Assembly: GCA_963830365.1 (NCBI GenBank)
Contig: CAWHMU010000045.1
Location: forward strand, 128,001 to 192,000
Length of the DNA: 64,000 nt
Direction of reading: 5' to 3'
Origin: an uncultured Chlamydiae bacterium
GTDB lineage: Bacteria; Chlamydiota; Chlamydiia; Chlamydiales; Parachlamydiaceae
Under the pieces are notes generated by a model that saw only the letters and a list, made by a program, of their open reading frames with translations, did not search any database and was not told where the DNA came from. Shown piece after piece: positions 19,735-30,507 of this stretch. The position numbers and the translations under genes are program-made. Positions within the stretch are counted from its first letter, which is position 1; the number at the start of each line of letters is the position of its first letter.

Positions 19735-20463
19735 TCATCTATAAAGTTGTCCAAACCAGTATAAGTCTCTATTTTCGGAAATCAAGGACGAAGATTTGTT
19801 GGCCAACATATAGCCGTTAAACCGAATTTCAGGAAAGCCTAAGGTTGAGATCCGATAGGCGTAGTCGTTATACACATTAAATTGCTCCACTTCGGTATAC
19901 TGTCCCAGCAGATCCCTGATTATGATCAGATCTACACTTGGATCACCCGAGAGATGACCAGCAACCTCCCAAATGGATCCATCGCTCAACATCATTGAAA
20001 ACTGTTGTTCACCAGGCGATACAGCTATCAGGTCAATTCTTGGATTGCCATATAGCACGGGTGATTCGAGCTTTATCTTTAAAGATCGGGCTTCCCAAAC
20101 TTTTTCCGCAAAGTCCCCTGTCCATTCAAAATCGATGGCTGCAACTAATATCTTATATAATTTCTCTAGCTCATTAATGGTCAATCCTTTCGCCAGCTCT
20201 TTTAGGACTTCACCCTCGGTTTTTTCTTGCAGATTAAGAAAAATGGCGTCAAGTAGGCTTTGATTTGTCTCGATTGCATCAATTTCCAACCAGCCCTTTA
20301 TCGAATGAATATCAAATTCCGGATACGTCGGAGTCGCGTAGGATGGAGCGGCCATGGTTTGACCATGTACAGGCAGATAGGCAAGCGTTGAGATTAAGCA
20401 GAGAATCAAAGTTATGTTTTTTTTAAATTTATGCATGTCATTCCCTTTTATTAGTTTAATCAT
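19735..20463 (-). CDS. Hypothetical secreted protein
   Basis: 242-aa ORF with a signal-peptide-like MHKFKKNITLILCLISTLAYLPVHG; start may be 20436. Confidence 0.65.
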   Translation of the reverse strand: MIKLIKGNDMHKFKKNITLILCLISTLAYLPVHGQTMAAPSYATPTYPEFDIHSIKGWLEIDAIETNQSLLDAIFLNLQEKTEGEVLKELAKGLTINELEKLYKILVAAIDFEWTGDFAEKVWEARSLKIKLESPVLYGNPRIDLIAVSPGEQQFSMMLSDGSIWEVAGHLSGDPSVDLIIIRDLLGQYTEVEQFNVYNDYAYRISTLGFPEIRFNGYMLANKSSSLISENRDLYWFGQLYR

Positions 20464-20780
20464 TAGCTAATTTTTCTGGAATTAGCCTATTGAGCGAACA
20501 CCCTCTCTGATGGTGACCCTGTATTATCATCTTTGTTTATTATCTTATTAGTTTATTTATCGATTATATAATATTGTTGTTAAGTAAATATAAAGATAAA
20601 GTAAGTTAAGCCAGGCCTGTTTGTTTTTGCTTGTTTGTTCTTCTGTGACTCTGTGTCTCTGAGTCCCAGTGGTTTTTGTGCGGACCTTTTACCATTACAC
20701 CATCTAGTCCAACGGGTTAGGTCTCTGTTAGGCGCGCGATTGCCATTTCTAAGATATCACTTTTGTGGTAGCATGAGTGT

Positions 20781-22790
20781 ATGCCGGAATTTAAACTAAA
20801 GACAGATTTTACGCCGTGCGGCGACCAGCCGCAGGCCATTGACAAACTGGTTGATGGACTGGTCTCGGGGCGTCCTGCGCAAGTGCTGCTGGGCATTACG
20901 GGGTCGGGCAAGACCTTCACCATGGCCAACGTCATCCAGCGGGTGCAGCGTCCGACACTCGTCATGGCCCACAATAAGACGTTGGCCGCCCAGCTGTATC
21001 AGGAATTTAAGAATTTCTTTCCCGAAAACGCCATCGAATATTTCGTGTCGTATTACGACTACTATCAACCGGAAGCCTATATCGCCCGTACCGATACGTA
21101 CATTGAAAAAGACATGGCCATCAATGATAAGATCGATAAGATGCGCCTTAGCGCCACGCGCTCGCTCTTGGAGCGCAATGATGTGATCATCATCGCTTCG
21201 GTATCGTGCATCTATGGTTTGGGATCGCCGGAATACTACCGCGGCATGAATCTTTCTCTGGCCGTCGGACTCAAGCGCCGCCGCGACGATATCCTATTGC
21301 ACCTTGTCGAGATGCAATATAAACGCAACGACTACGACTTTGCGCGCGCCACCTTCCGCGTGCGCGGCGATGTGCTAGAGATCTTCCCTGCCTATGAAGA
21401 GGATTTGGCGCTGCGCATCGAATTTTTTGATGACGACATCGAGAGGATTAGCGAGATCGATCCGCTGACGGGCAAAGTCAAGCGGCGCATCAATGAGGCC
21501 ACCATCTATCCAAGCTCCCACCACGTTACGCCCGAAGATGTGCGCTTGCATGCCATCGAGACCATCAAAGCCGAACTTAAAGAGCGCATGGCTTATTACG
21601 AGAGCCAAAATAAGCATATCGAATTGCAGCGCATCCAAGAGCGCACCATGCATGATCTGGAGATGATCAAGGAAGTGGGCTTCTGCAAAGGGATCGAGAA
21701 TTATTCGCGCCATTTCAGTCAGCGCCAGGTGGGAGATCCGCCGCCCACGCTGCTGGACTATTTCCCAGAAAACTATTTGGTGATCATCGATGAATCCCAC
21801 CAGACGATTCCGCAGCTGCACGCTATGTGCAACGGCGACCGCGCCCGCAAACAGGCGCTGGTGGAATTCGGCTTCCGCCTGCCTTCAGCCTTTGATAACC
21901 GCCCCTTGAAATTCGAAGAGTCGTATGCCCGCTTAAAACAAGTCGTCTATGTCTCGGCTACACCAAGTGAATGGGAAGTAAAACAGGCCGATGGCGAAGT
22001 GATCGAGCAGCTGATTCGTCCGACAGGACTGCTTGATCCTGAAATTGAAATCCGGCCGGCCGAAGGGCAGGTTGACGACTGCCTGGCCGAAATCCGTTTG
22101 CATATCAAGCGGGGGGGCAGGGTCTTGATTACCGTGCTGACCAAGCGCCTGGCGGAAGAGCTCTCCAAATACCTCACCGAACTCAATATCAAAGTCAAAT
22201 ATCTGCATTCCGATATCGATACTATTGAACGCGTGCAGATCATCCGCGACCTGCGCTGCGGCGTTTGCGATGTGCTGGTGGGGATCAACCTGCTGCGCGA
22301 GGGTTTGGATATGCCGGAGGTGTCGCTGGTGGCCATCATGGATGCCGACAAGGAAGGCTTTTTGCGCAGCGAGACGGCGCTGATCCAGACGTGCGGCCGC
22401 GCCGCCCGCAATCTTGAAGGACGTGTCATCATGTATGCCGATAAGATGACCAAGTCGATCCTAAGGACCATAGAAATCACCAATCAACGCCGCCTCATCC
22501 AGCAAAGCTATAACGAAGCAAACGGCATCATCCCTCGCTCCACCAAGCGCGATATCGCCCTGCTGGTGGAGCCTGAAACAGAAGTCGCTTATCCTCTTGT
22601 GGAAAGTGAAGCACCGCTTAAAGTGGCCGAAGAGGCCCACGAATATCTGACACCGCAGGAAGTCGACCGCAAAATCAAACACTACGAAAATGAAATGAAA
22701 CGCGCTGCCAAAGAAATGCATTTCGAAGAGGCCGCCCAATTCCGCGACCTGATGCGCAAATACCAGCAGATGGAACTGGCCTTCGGCTAG
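20781..22790 (+). CDS. uvrB: Excinuclease ABC subunit B
   Basis: [29 protein letters not shown] and C-terminal UVR motif. Confidence 0.98.
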   Translation: MPEFKLKTDFTPCGDQPQAIDKLVDGLVSGRPAQVLLGITGSGKTFTMANVIQRVQRPTLVMAHNKTLAAQLYQEFKNFFPENAIEYFVSYYDYYQPEAYIARTDTYIEKDMAINDKIDKMRLSATRSLLERNDVIIIASVSCIYGLGSPEYYRGMNLSLAVGLKRRRDDILLHLVEMQYKRNDYDFARATFRVRGDVLEIFPAYEEDLALRIEFFDDDIERISEIDPLTGKVKRRINEATIYPSSHHVTPEDVRLHAIETIKAELKERMAYYESQNKHIELQRIQERTMHDLEMIKEVGFCKGIENYSRHFSQRQVGDPPPTLLDYFPENYLVIIDESHQTIPQLHAMCNGDRARKQALVEFGFRLPSAFDNRPLKFEESYARLKQVVYVSATPSEWEVKQADGEVIEQLIRPTGLLDPEIEIRPAEGQVDDCLAEIRLHIKRGGRVLITVLTKRLAEELSKYLTELNIKVKYLHSDIDTIERVQIIRDLRCGVCDVLVGINLLREGLDMPEVSLVAIMDADKEGFLRSETALIQTCGRAARNLEGRVIMYADKMTKSILRTIEITNQRRLIQQSYNEANGIIPRSTKRDIALLVEPETEVAYPLVESEAPLKVAEEAHEYLTPQEVDRKIKHYENEMKRAAKEMHFEEAAQFRDLMRKYQQMELAFG

Positions 22791-23008
22791 TTGTTAAATG
22801 ACTGGCAGCGGGGGCAGCGGGTGATTTTCTTGGCGCCGGTGTCGAGGTAGGCGAAGCTGCAAAATTCGCAGACATGCAGATCTTGTGCCGACGGCAGGAT
22901 ACATTTATTGCGCGAGCGGAAATGGTGGTAAAGCCAGGCAGACAGCAGGCATACAAGCGTGAAACCTAAATACAGCATTAAAGCCGTGGTGGGGGATAGT
23001 TCGATCAT
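22787..23008 (-). CDS. Small membrane-anchored zinc-ribbon protein
   Basis: N-terminal TM, CEFC...CPRC; coupled to the exbB/exbD operon. Confidence 0.7.
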   Translation of the reverse strand: MIELSPTTALMLYLGFTLVCLLSAWLYHHFRSRNKCILPSAQDLHVCEFCSFAYLDTGAKKITRCPRCQSFNN

Positions 23009-23739
23009 GGCGCCCTTAAGTTGAAATGCAGTTCGACTTCGCCGTCCGTGACAAAGGCTTGTTTACCTGGGGCAAAGACGATGGCCTGCAGTAGGCCTTC
23101 GGCAAAGCGATCCAAGGCGGCGATATTGGTGAGTTCTTTTGGCTCATGCCAGAAGATACGTCCTGAATGCTCTTCGACAAGTACATGATAGATGGTGCGC
23201 AGCTCCGGATTGCCAGCATAGTTAATGCGCGGCAGCCTTTTATCTTGTAAGCCGTCAGCCAGCAGGCTTTTTCCGGACAGCGGTCCTGAAATCATCAGCG
23301 TGATCGGGGGCAAAGGGGGCTTGTGCAGAGGGGCAAAGACAGGCTGATAGACATTTCTTTCGATATGCGAGAATGGATTGTGCGGCTTGTCGTTTTCTTT
23401 GAGATATTCCATCGGTCGCAAAGCCAGCAGCGTGGGTTGCTCGGGTAATATAGGCAATGAGGGCCTGGCGGGCGGAAGACCGCTGGCTATTGGCAGGGGA
23501 GGTGTGACGGCGATCACGACGCCTGCGTCATTGAAAGAGGCTTCGACTTGGACAGGCGGAAATAGCGTTTCGCTCCAGCGTATTTTGAAAGGGGCGATAT
23601 GGAAGATAAGCAGAAAAAGCAGATGGAATCCGGCAGCCAAAGCAAAGGCAATCAGGAATGAATGGGTGAAAAAATATTCCTTATCACGGATGATAATGCT
23701 GATCTGTCTGTCGGACGAGGCTTTTTGTAACTTTAGCAT
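23005..23739 (-). CDS. TonB/TolA-like single-pass Pro-rich protein
   Basis: TM with conserved His (AGFHLL), Pro-rich linker; follows exbD. Confidence 0.6.
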   Translation of the reverse strand: MLKLQKASSDRQISIIIRDKEYFFTHSFLIAFALAAGFHLLFLLIFHIAPFKIRWSETLFPPVQVEASFNDAGVVIAVTPPLPIASGLPPARPSLPILPEQPTLLALRPMEYLKENDKPHNPFSHIERNVYQPVFAPLHKPPLPPITLMISGPLSGKSLLADGLQDKRLPRINYAGNPELRTIYHVLVEEHSGRIFWHEPKELTNIAALDRFAEGLLQAIVFAPGKQAFVTDGEVELHFNLRAP

Positions 23740-23745
23740 AATATT

Positions 23746-24192
23746 TTAGAGATATTCGGCTTCTTGGGCTTCATCGGGTTGATAGACCAGGCGGATGCGT
23801 GGCGAACTTTCCTGTACGATGGAAAATAAACGCAAAAAGGAACCATAATCTACGCGTCGATCGACACTGAGTACGACCGTCGGCACGACATGGGCATGCA
23901 GCTTTTGCAGCTGGGCAATCTCATCATGCAGCTGTTGCTTAACCGAAGCCAAATCTATGATGGCTTTTTTCGAACCCACATAGATGACATTTTGGGCGTC
24001 CATGACAACTAAGACCTGGGTTGTCAATGGGGCCGAGTTGCGCTCAAGCTTGGGATTTTCAATGTTTAGTGATTTGAGCGGCAGGATGTCGGAAGTGACA
24101 ATGAAAAAGATGAGCATGAGGAAGATGACATCGACCAGCGGGGTCATATCGATCAAACTATGCGAAACTTTGAGGTTGGTCTTAAACTTCAC
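23746..24192 (-). CDS. exbD: Biopolymer transport protein ExbD/TolR
   Basis: IDMTPLVDVIFLMLIFFIV motif. Confidence 0.92.
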   Translation of the reverse strand: MKFKTNLKVSHSLIDMTPLVDVIFLMLIFFIVTSDILPLKSLNIENPKLERNSAPLTTQVLVVMDAQNVIYVGSKKAIIDLASVKQQLHDEIAQLQKLHAHVVPTVVLSVDRRVDYGSFLRLFSIVQESSPRIRLVYQPDEAQEAEYL

Positions 24193-24206
24193 AATCTACC
24201 TGTTGA

Positions 24207-24887
24207 TCAATAGTTTACTTCCTGCTGGCGCTCGGTGAGCAAGTCGACGATTTCCGAAGAAGTCGTTTGGATCTCAAGGATGAATCCGTCGACGCGGCTG
24301 ACGATATAATTATAGGCGATGATGGAAGGGATGGCGACCACCAGGCCTGCGGCTGTGGTGACTAGGGCATATTCCATGGCTTCGCCGATGCGCGTGGCCG
24401 AGATGTCGACAAGGCCGCTCATGCGCATTTCAGAGAAAGCCTGGATGAATCCCAGCACGGTGCCAAGCAAGCCGATCAGCGGCGTGATGTAGGCGATGAT
24501 GGACAGCAGTTTGGCATTTTTCTCCAGCCGGGCGATTTCCACCAGGCCGGCAATTTCCATGGCATTTTCGATAGATTCTTTGGCGCGGTTGTGCTTAATC
24601 AGGCCGGCTTTGATGATATTGGCAATAGTGCCGCCGGTTTTTTCACACACGCCGATGGCTTCGACGATATTGCCGTCTTTGATCGACTGGCGCATATTGA
24701 GGATGAACTTATTGGTGTCGATCTCCGATTTGCGCAGGTGCATGAGGCGTTCGATAAAAATGGTGAAACTCAATATCGAACAGCCGCCGATGATCAGCAG
24801 GATGATATTCCAATTCGAGTTGTATTGAAATAAGCTGGCCAGCAAGTTAGTGAAGCTGGGCCATGACAGGGAGATATTAATATCCAT
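24207..24887 (-). CDS. exbB: MotA/TolQ/ExbB proton channel protein
   Basis: TPLIGLLGTVLG and ALVTTAAGLVVAIP motifs. Confidence 0.92.
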   Translation of the reverse strand: MDINISLSWPSFTNLLASLFQYNSNWNIILLIIGGCSILSFTIFIERLMHLRKSEIDTNKFILNMRQSIKDGNIVEAIGVCEKTGGTIANIIKAGLIKHNRAKESIENAMEIAGLVEIARLEKNAKLLSIIAYITPLIGLLGTVLGFIQAFSEMRMSGLVDISATRIGEAMEYALVTTAAGLVVAIPSIIAYNYIVSRVDGFILEIQTTSSEIVDLLTERQQEVNY

Positions 24888-27795
24888 ATTCGGTTTCCAA
24901 TTTTTCTTGTGCTTTTTTGGCCCATAGGCCCCCTTTTTTGGTCATCGATTCCAACTGTTTGCGCGCAAGTTCGGGGCGTCCTTGCTGCTGATAGGTTTCG
25001 GCGCGTAAATACATGGCTTTCAGTCGCAATGATGAAATGGCATCGTCATTTACCACTTTGGATAATATCAAAATGGCATTGTCAAATTGGCCAAGTCCGC
25101 CATAGCACTGGCTTTGCTGGATCCATAGGTCCAGGCGTTGATCGGTACTGAGCAGGTGGTTGCCTTTGGCACTTTCTTCGGCAAATTTAAGAGATTCCAG
25201 CGCTTGGCTGTATTCTTTGTTGCGCATGGCAATTTCGCCTTTTTCATACCATACGCGGGAAAGGAAGTAGCCGCGGGTGACATTTGCCAGGCGATAGCGG
25301 TCTAGCATGTCAGCCAGCACCTTTTCGGCGGCGCTATCATTTTGTGCTTTAATAAATGTCTGGGCCAGCCAGTAGGAGCTTTCCTCATAGATGGCGGGAT
25401 AGGTTTCATTGACAAACAACAGTTTGGTATAGGGATGCTTTAGCATTTCGAAGTCCTGGACCAGGCCGGTAAAGACTTCTTCGGCATATTCCAAGTAGAT
25501 TTGGCGCTTGGCTCCCTGAGATTCCTCGGCGATGGCCAGATTTGCCATGGCGCGTTCCAGCGTGGCGCGGTAGCGCACGGCTACATAATAGTCGAGCTTG
25601 TCGGCTGGAATGAGTTTTCTTTCATTTAAGTTGTCAAAAAGCGTTTCCACTTCTTGGAAAGCATCGATGGCATCTGTCAGGCTTTTTTTGCGCAACCATT
25701 TACCTTCAGGGGATTTGCGGTCGCGCTTGTAATCCAATCCGATCAAGTAGTTGGCTTCGATGAGAAATGGGGTGTCGGGATAGCGTTCGCCAAAATTTTG
25801 CAGGTGCTTGATGGCAGCTCTTTGTCCTTGCAAATAGTCAGCAAAGGTATACAAGCTGAAATAGGCCTCCGCGGCATAGGGGGAGTTGGCATAATGATCG
25901 AAAGTCTGGTGCCGCCGCTGCTGGCCAATGGCTGCATCTTTTTGCATTTTGTCGGCGCAGCATGCCGCCCAAAACCAAGCTTCGCCGGCCAAAGGGGAGG
26001 CGGGGTAGCTATTGGCCAGCTGCAGATAGCTGTCTTCCGCCGCCGTATAATTGCCGTCGTGATAATGCATGGCGGCAAGATGACGCAGGGCCTTGTCGCC
26101 AAATTTGCCGTCAGCGCGCGTGGCGGCGGCCTTTAGAGATCGCTCGGCGAGGGCGGCAAATTTCCCCGTTAGGTCATGGCTGGCTAGTCGGGCAGCGAAA
26201 AAGCCATGCAGATAAAGGATTTCATCGGGGCTTTCCATGGCCTGCCAAAGATGGGCATGTTCATTCATCAGCGCTTCAATGATGTTAAAGGCTTGCATGT
26301 TGGCTTGCGGAGTGGTGGTATAGCTGACGGCCAGGGCCTGATATTTCAGTGCCATGCCGGCTTGAGCCGGCTGAACATGCCTTAGCAGATCGAAGGCTTT
26401 GCTAAACGCCGTGGATGAGCTTTCAAATGCCGGCTGTGCTTCTTCCGGCTGGTCCGATTGGAAGAGCGAAAGGGCATTTTCAAAGTCGTTCATAGCGCGC
26501 ATATACCAGCCTTTGGCATAAAAGGAGCTGTCGCTATTTGCTTCAAGCGTGAGTTGGCGATACAAGTTGTCACGGGCTACATAGGAAGGGGCCGCTTCGG
26601 CACGCAGCAGCAGGGCTTGGGCTTGGGCCTCGCGCGACACGAATTTTTCTTGTTGCGACAGCAGCGCTTCGGCCTTGGCATAGGCATCGGCTTGGTGCAG
26701 CCGCTTGGCGAGGGTAAGATAATACTGTCCTAAGGCTAGATAGGTTCTTTCATCGGGCTGAATTGAGAGCAGCTTTTTAAAAGTCTCTTCGGCTTGCTTG
26801 AAGTTACTTAATTGACCGGCTGGGTTTTTTAGGGGATCGTCGCCAATTTTAAGAAAGCACCAGCCTAGATAATATAAGGTATCGGCATACCAGCTGCAAT
26901 TTTGCGGCAGGGTTTCGGGCAGGGATGTTTGAAAAAAGTCGCAGGCCTTAGCATATTCATGCAATTGAAAATAGGCTTCGCCTTGCAGGTAATGGAGTTC
27001 AAAATGCAAAGGGTCGGTGGCTGGCGATGGCAGGTGTAGGGCGGACAATAAGGCGGCAGCCTCTCGATAGCTGCCTTGCGCTAGGAGGATGCGGCTTAGA
27101 TATATTTGTGTCAAATAAAGCAGGCGCGGCTTAGTGGTTTGCTGGCTTAAGGTCTCAAAGTGGTTTTTAGCAGCGTCATATTTTTTCCAAAGGAAGTTGG
27201 TCAGGCCGCTTTCAAATTGAGCTTCATCATAAAAAACAGGCGCGGGTGAACTATTGAGATAGCGCTGGAAGGTGTCAATGGCGGCAGCATATTGGCCGGT
27301 GTGCTTATAGGCTAGGGCCATTAGGTAAAGGGAATTAGCTCTGAGATCGGCTAATGGCGGAGAAAGAGGGGTGGCAAAGGATAAATTTGGCTGGAGTGTG
27401 GCAATGGTTTGTGGATATTCGCCTATGGCAAAATAGGCTTGCGCCAAATGAAAGCGAGACTGCATAGCGATTTGTAAAGGGAAGGTTTCGTCAATATCAG
27501 CATCATGATCAGCATCATGATCAGCATCATGAGCTGAATCGCTAGTATGCTTAGCGGTAGCTTCGTTGATCAGCTTCTGATAAAGGGCAATGGCTTGTTT
27601 GTAAAGACCTGCTTCAAAAAGTTCATCGGCAGCAGTCAGGCGGGCATGGCTTTTATTGAAAATTTCCTTAGGGAAACGTGGCGCTGTTTCCAGTTCATCC
27701 CATGCGGCTGCGCCAAGGCATAGTGGAATGGACAGCCATCGGCCAAAGATGCATAGCCACAACAGGCAGAAATATCTGGGCTGGCAAAAAATCAT
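24877..27795 (-). CDS. Large TPR-repeat exported protein
   Basis: Many TPR-like helices. Start MIFCQPRYF at 27795 gives a signal peptide; the ORF track extends to 28011. A 12-bp HDAD repeat lies near 27500. Confidence 0.85.
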   Translation of the reverse strand: MIFCQPRYFCLLWLCIFGRWLSIPLCLGAAAWDELETAPRFPKEIFNKSHARLTAADELFEAGLYKQAIALYQKLINEATAKHTSDSAHDADHDADHDADIDETFPLQIAMQSRFHLAQAYFAIGEYPQTIATLQPNLSFATPLSPPLADLRANSLYLMALAYKHTGQYAAAIDTFQRYLNSSPAPVFYDEAQFESGLTNFLWKKYDAAKNHFETLSQQTTKPRLLYLTQIYLSRILLAQGSYREAAALLSALHLPSPATDPLHFELHYLQGEAYFQLHEYAKACDFFQTSLPETLPQNCSWYADTLYYLGWCFLKIGDDPLKNPAGQLSNFKQAEETFKKLLSIQPDERTYLALGQYYLTLAKRLHQADAYAKAEALLSQQEKFVSREAQAQALLLRAEAAPSYVARDNLYRQLTLEANSDSSFYAKGWYMRAMNDFENALSLFQSDQPEEAQPAFESSSTAFSKAFDLLRHVQPAQAGMALKYQALAVSYTTTPQANMQAFNIIEALMNEHAHLWQAMESPDEILYLHGFFAARLASHDLTGKFAALAERSLKAAATRADGKFGDKALRHLAAMHYHDGNYTAAEDSYLQLANSYPASPLAGEAWFWAACCADKMQKDAAIGQQRRHQTFDHYANSPYAAEAYFSLYTFADYLQGQRAAIKHLQNFGERYPDTPFLIEANYLIGLDYKRDRKSPEGKWLRKKSLTDAIDAFQEVETLFDNLNERKLIPADKLDYYVAVRYRATLERAMANLAIAEESQGAKRQIYLEYAEEVFTGLVQDFEMLKHPYTKLLFVNETYPAIYEESSYWLAQTFIKAQNDSAAEKVLADMLDRYRLANVTRGYFLSRVWYEKGEIAMRNKEYSQALESLKFAEESAKGNHLLSTDQRLDLWIQQSQCYGGLGQFDNAILILSKVVNDDAISSLRLKAMYLRAETYQQQGRPELARKQLESMTKKGGLWAKKAQEKLETEYGY

Positions 27796-28443
27796 GATGA
27801 ACTCCGCTGTCAGGATACACGATGGCGAATTCAAAATATACCAGGATTTCGTGAAAATTTGACATGTTAAACAGCGCGAAAACTGGCGCGGTTGCATGTT
27901 CGTAAGCCGTCCAATATTTGCAGATATGGGGTGGCTTAAGATCGTGCCATCGGGGAGCTTTGGTGGGTCTAAAATATCAAATGCTCGCCAGATTCTAGTA
28001 GGAAGACTCATCCTGCTTTTTTATGATGCATGCATCCAAAAATTTGGGACTGCCGGCGAAAGTGGCAGGAAATCGTTTTTTTTATGGGCTCTCATAAGTA
28101 CTCTGAAAGCGATAATTCAGCATTTTATGCCGTTTTGCTGTCGTTTTTTCTCATGTAAGGGCTTAAATGGTCTTGATGTCGCCCAAATTCGCATGAAAAT
28201 GATGATGAAAGCGTTTCATGGAAAAAAAAGAGAAGTTTTTTACCCCGCTATTTTTCTAGAGGTTGAACTAGCAAAAAAAGCTGCTATAGATGTACTGACA
28301 GGCGCTATCCTGTTTTTTAAAGGTGATGTTGTCATGTGGAAAAAAACGCATGAATTTCAATATGCTGTGAGAAAAATATTGCACAATATATCCAAAGTTA
28401 ATATTCAGTTAAATTGTCATTAAACCATAAAAAGGAGTCTAAC

Positions 28444-28836
28444 ATGGCAATCAAAGAAACATTCAAACATTTGAAAGATCTTCTGAACCATATCGTTCAT
28501 GATTTGGAAAAAGCAGAAGGCGGTAACAAAGCTGCTTCTCAGCGCGTTCGTACAGGTACTGTAAAGCTTGAAAAGATAGCTAAACTATACCGTAAAGAAT
28601 CGATCAAATCTGAAAAATCGACCAAGGGCACAAAGAAGCCAGCTAAAAAAGCCGCCAAAGCACATGCTCCTAAAAAAGCTGCTGCCAAGCCAAAAGCTGC
28701 ACATCATGCCGTTGCCCATAAAAAAGTAGCTGCCAAGCCAAAAGCAAAAGCACATAAAGCCGTGGCCAGACCACATGCTTTGTCCCTCAAAAAACCTACT
28801 GCTAAGCTACCAGTTAAAAGAGCTTCAGCTAGATAG
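28444..28836 (+). CDS. hctA: Chlamydial histone H1-like protein Hc1
   Basis: AAGGAG RBS; DLEKAEGGNKAASQRVRTGTVKLEKIAKLYRKESIK followed by a K/A-rich tail. Confidence 0.95.
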   Translation: MAIKETFKHLKDLLNHIVHDLEKAEGGNKAASQRVRTGTVKLEKIAKLYRKESIKSEKSTKGTKKPAKKAAKAHAPKKAAAKPKAAHHAVAHKKVAAKPKAKAHKAVARPHALSLKKPTAKLPVKRASAR

Positions 28837-28866
28837 ATTTTTGTTTGTCTGCTAGGAATTTATTAG

Positions 28867-28889
28867 GGGAGGCTTTTGCCTCCCTTTTT
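28867..28889 (+). terminator. Intrinsic terminator of hctA
   Basis: gggaggc-tttt-gcctccc-ttttt. Confidence 0.8.
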
Positions 28890-28979
28890 CATTTTTTTCT
28901 CCGCATCATCATCCTTTTCCTGTATGCTCTTGCCAATTCTAATGACATGCTCAATGATCTTTTTAAATTTGGATGAATT

Positions 28980-30422
28980 ATGGCCAAGCGCAATCCACAA
29001 CAATCTGTTGAAGTTGATATCACCAGCTTTTCCAAAAAGGGACATGGCTTCGGCCTGACGGCCGATGAGAAGCTGCGTCAAGTTGAAGTGCCTTTTACAT
29101 TGCCGGGGGATAAAGCGCGCGCTTTGTTGCAACGCAAGCGGGGTGGAACTTTCACTTCACGACTTGAAGAAGTGATTACCCCATCGCCTCTTAGGATCGA
29201 ACCGCGCTGCCAGCATTTTGGGGTTTGCGGCGGCTGTCGCTGGCAGCAACTAGCCTATACGGAGCAATTGAAGATAAAACAAGCTCAAGTAGAAGCCTTA
29301 TTCTGCCATCTGCTGGACCCAGGCGTGGTATTCCATCCAATTTTGGCTTGCGATCCGCCATGGCATTACCGCAATAAGATGGAGTTCAGCTTTTCAAGTG
29401 ATGCCACCGGCCGGCAATTCTTGGGATTGATTATCGATGGCAGCCGCGGCAAGGTGCTCAATATCACCGAATGCCATTTGGTCAATCCATGGATGGTCCA
29501 AACCCTACAGGCAACGCGTGCCTGGTGGCATGAGTCCGGGCTGGCAGCCTTTCATCCCCACTATAATAAGGGGGCGTTGCGCACGCTGACGGTACGGGAG
29601 GGGATGCGCACGGGCGACCGGGCCGTGATGCTGACCGTTTCGGGAAATCCCGAAGATGCGCTCAACCGGCAGCAACTGGATAGTTTTGTGGCTTTTTTAC
29701 GCGATGCCATTGAACCGCTAACGCCAGAAAATAATCTGTGCATCATGTTGCGCATTCAACAGGCCGTCAAGGGCAAGGAAACGACTTTTTACGAGATGCT
29801 TTTATACGGTCCCGATCATATCCGCGAGGTGCTGAATGTTCAGGTTGCTCCGGGGGGTAACATAGATGCATTGACGTTTTCCGTCAGTCCTTCGGCTTTC
29901 TTCCAACCCAACACCCGGCAAGCTGAGCGCCTGTATAGTTTAGGCTTGCAGCTGCTAGACATCCCTGCTGATAGCATCGTATACGATTTATATTGCGGTA
30001 CGGGCACGCTAGGGATTTGCGCAGCCAAATACGCCAAGCTGGTAATCGGTATTGAAATTTCGCCGGAATCATCTTTGGATGCGCGTAGCAATGCGGCAAA
30101 TAACGGCTTGGATAATGTGCATATCCTCACAGGCTCTGCGCGTGATGTGATTAAGGGCATCCGGGACAATCACACCTTTCCTCTGCCCGATGTCGTAATG
30201 GTGGATCCTCCGCGCGCAGGTCTTGATGCCGAAACACTCACACACCTGGCCGAGCTTAGGCCAGGGAAGCTTTTGTATATCTCATGCAATCCTGTCAGCC
30301 AGGCCGAGAATATTAAGGAACTCAAGGCTATGGGCTACCAGATTGCCGCCATCCAGCCTGTCGATCAATTCCCGCATACGATCCACGTGGAAAATATTGT
30401 CCTGCTGGTGCTTGGTGGCTAG
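28980..30422 (+). CDS. rlmD: 23S rRNA (uracil-C5)-methyltransferase, TrmA/RlmD family
   Basis: CQHFGVCGGC Fe-S motif, FFQPN, DLYCGTG, VDPPRAG, YISCNP and DQFPHT motifs. Confidence 0.9.
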   Translation: MAKRNPQQSVEVDITSFSKKGHGFGLTADEKLRQVEVPFTLPGDKARALLQRKRGGTFTSRLEEVITPSPLRIEPRCQHFGVCGGCRWQQLAYTEQLKIKQAQVEALFCHLLDPGVVFHPILACDPPWHYRNKMEFSFSSDATGRQFLGLIIDGSRGKVLNITECHLVNPWMVQTLQATRAWWHESGLAAFHPHYNKGALRTLTVREGMRTGDRAVMLTVSGNPEDALNRQQLDSFVAFLRDAIEPLTPENNLCIMLRIQQAVKGKETTFYEMLLYGPDHIREVLNVQVAPGGNIDALTFSVSPSAFFQPNTRQAERLYSLGLQLLDIPADSIVYDLYCGTGTLGICAAKYAKLVIGIEISPESSLDARSNAANNGLDNVHILTGSARDVIKGIRDNHTFPLPDVVMVDPPRAGLDAETLTHLAELRPGKLLYISCNPVSQAENIKELKAMGYQIAAIQPVDQFPHTIHVENIVLLVLGG

Positions 30423-30507
30423 TGTCCGGCGTGATAAATGTTTTCAAAAAAAGGCGCTTACTTTATGTAATTAAAATGCACAGGAAAATTTATAAAGGTA
30501 GCGCTTG

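Noticed and set aside
27896..28423. 175-aa ORF upstream of hctA, and the N-terminal extension of the TPR ORF to 28011
   Set aside because: Low-complexity AT-rich divergent promoter region with no RBS or domain signal; probably spurious.
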